A stretch of DNA of 64,000 nucleotides, taken from positions 310,001 to 374,000 of the forward strand of contig CAJFCJ010000031.1 in NCBI GenBank assembly GCA_904063045.1. The letters are read 5' to 3'. Both the position numbers and the translations under genes were made by a program. The stretch comes from Dimorphilus gyrociliatus (Eukaryota > Animalia > Annelida). Below the pieces are notes generated by a model. The model was given only the letters and a program-made list of their open reading frames with translations. It did not search any database and was not told the DNA's origin. Shown here piece by piece: positions 63,037 to 64,000 of this stretch (its first letter is position 1; every line of letters begins with the position of its first letter).

Positions 63037-64000
63037 AACTAATACTGATACTAAATGAAAAAACCGCTAAATAATAGAAGAACTTTCGAATAGAAGTTTT
63101 CTTTTCTTTTCATTGAATTGTTTATTATAGAAGGGAGAAAGTAAAAGTATTAAAAATAACAAAAAGCAAAGTTTATAGAGTTGGTCTGAAAATATTTAAG
63201 AATTGAAACTAAGAATCGATAATTAACATAGTATCTAATTACTAATCTACATTGTTTCCTTCGTGCCTTTTCCGCTTCCATTAACAGATTATTATCTGAG
63301 CGTCGAATTTCGAATTCGTCGCCGTATTCTATATTTAGATCTTTGACTGAATTAATTGCAATAAGAAATTATCCTTGATAAAGAATGTGGTAAGGTCTGA
63401 GGGAGCCTTGCGTTTTAATTGGCTATATTAAGTAGAGAATCAAATTGTAGCAAGCTATTTATATATATGGATAGAATATTTGAAGATATATATATATATA
63501 TATATACAATATATTATAGTAAAAGAAATGAGTAACCCCTCTGAAACCTTCCTTTTATTTATCATAGCGTAATTCCCTGTCTTCCTTCATCGAATGGGAA
63601 AATTGCTATATTTTTTGCAGTCACGTTCACGGCCCGCCCACACGACAGCAATTATCGTACACAAATCCGAATGTAACGTGTTGTTTATGTGTATTCAGGA
63701 AAAGTTGTAGAGGATATAGCTGCAGGGTACTGAATAGGCCAAAGGGCGAGGAGAGATGAAAGAGCGCGAAATGTTTGCGGACAACAGCTAATTGGTGCAG
63801 GCTGAAACCCTAGCCGGGCGCCGTTGTTAGCGCTTTCTCATCATTTATTGCCTTCAAAGAGCAGTTAATTTAACTCATCGCTAATTAGTAGTGTTTACTC
63901 ATTACGTAAGATGGAACGCCGTTTACTTTTTATTGCTTATTGCTTTCGCCGAATTGGTCTTTGTAGGGGGTGAAATAGGAAGAGGAGGAGTTCTAGTACT

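Noticed and set aside
63387-63402. GGTAAGGTCTGAG resembling RNase P/MRP CR-I
   Set aside because: No matching CR-V (ANNCAAUUCAGAC-like) or P4 partner is found downstream in the window.
63813-63840. GCCGGGCGC resembling the 5' end of SRP RNA
   Set aside because: Similarity stops after 9 nt; there is no Alu-domain continuation or domain IV motif.
1-64000. Prokaryotic defence systems, CRISPR arrays, U12-type introns, canonical tRNA/snRNA genes, transposase or reverse transcriptase ORFs
   Set aside because: None seen: no regularly spaced direct repeats, all reconstructed introns are GT-AG, and no complete A/B-box tRNA or DDE/RT motifs were found.

Overview
Eukaryotic (animal) DNA, about 70% AT and very gene-dense, with short GT-AG introns (mostly 53-90 nt). 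It contains no prokaryotic operons, CRISPR arrays, rRNA, canonical tRNA or transposase ORFs. A hairpin matching the annelid microRNA miR-1998 (recalled from memory), together with the tiny introns, suggests a miniaturised annelid genome such as Dimorphilus gyrociliatus (inference). Hand-spliced genes in order: SGSM1/2 RUN-TBC RabGAP (-), GT77-like glycosyltransferase (+), TBC1D10/EPI64 (-), MDH2 (+), an orphan GPI-anchored protein (+), NAP1L1 (-), DEPDC5 (+), miR-1998 (-), PSPH (+), an uncharacterised gene (+), ataxin-2 (-), an ELOVL4-like elongase (+), a second GT77-like gene (+), EPS8 (+), harmonin/USH1C (+), UNC93A-like (+), a secreted C-type lectin/ITIH-C-terminal fusion (+) and an orphan with PP1-docking-like motifs (+). 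An ~8 kb gene-free, motif-rich tail follows. The leading candidates for novelty are: (1) a secreted C-type lectin domain fused through a GDPH autocleavage site to an inter-alpha-trypsin-inhibitor C-terminal domain, possibly a self-cleaving, covalently cross-linking lectin; (2) a tandemly duplicated, probably mutually exclusive exon pair in the elongase that swaps its last transmembrane helices; (3) Tc1/mariner-like excision footprints scattered through TA tracts; (4) a duplicated NRF1-type non-coding module. All exon boundaries and counts were derived by eye, and no database searches were run.
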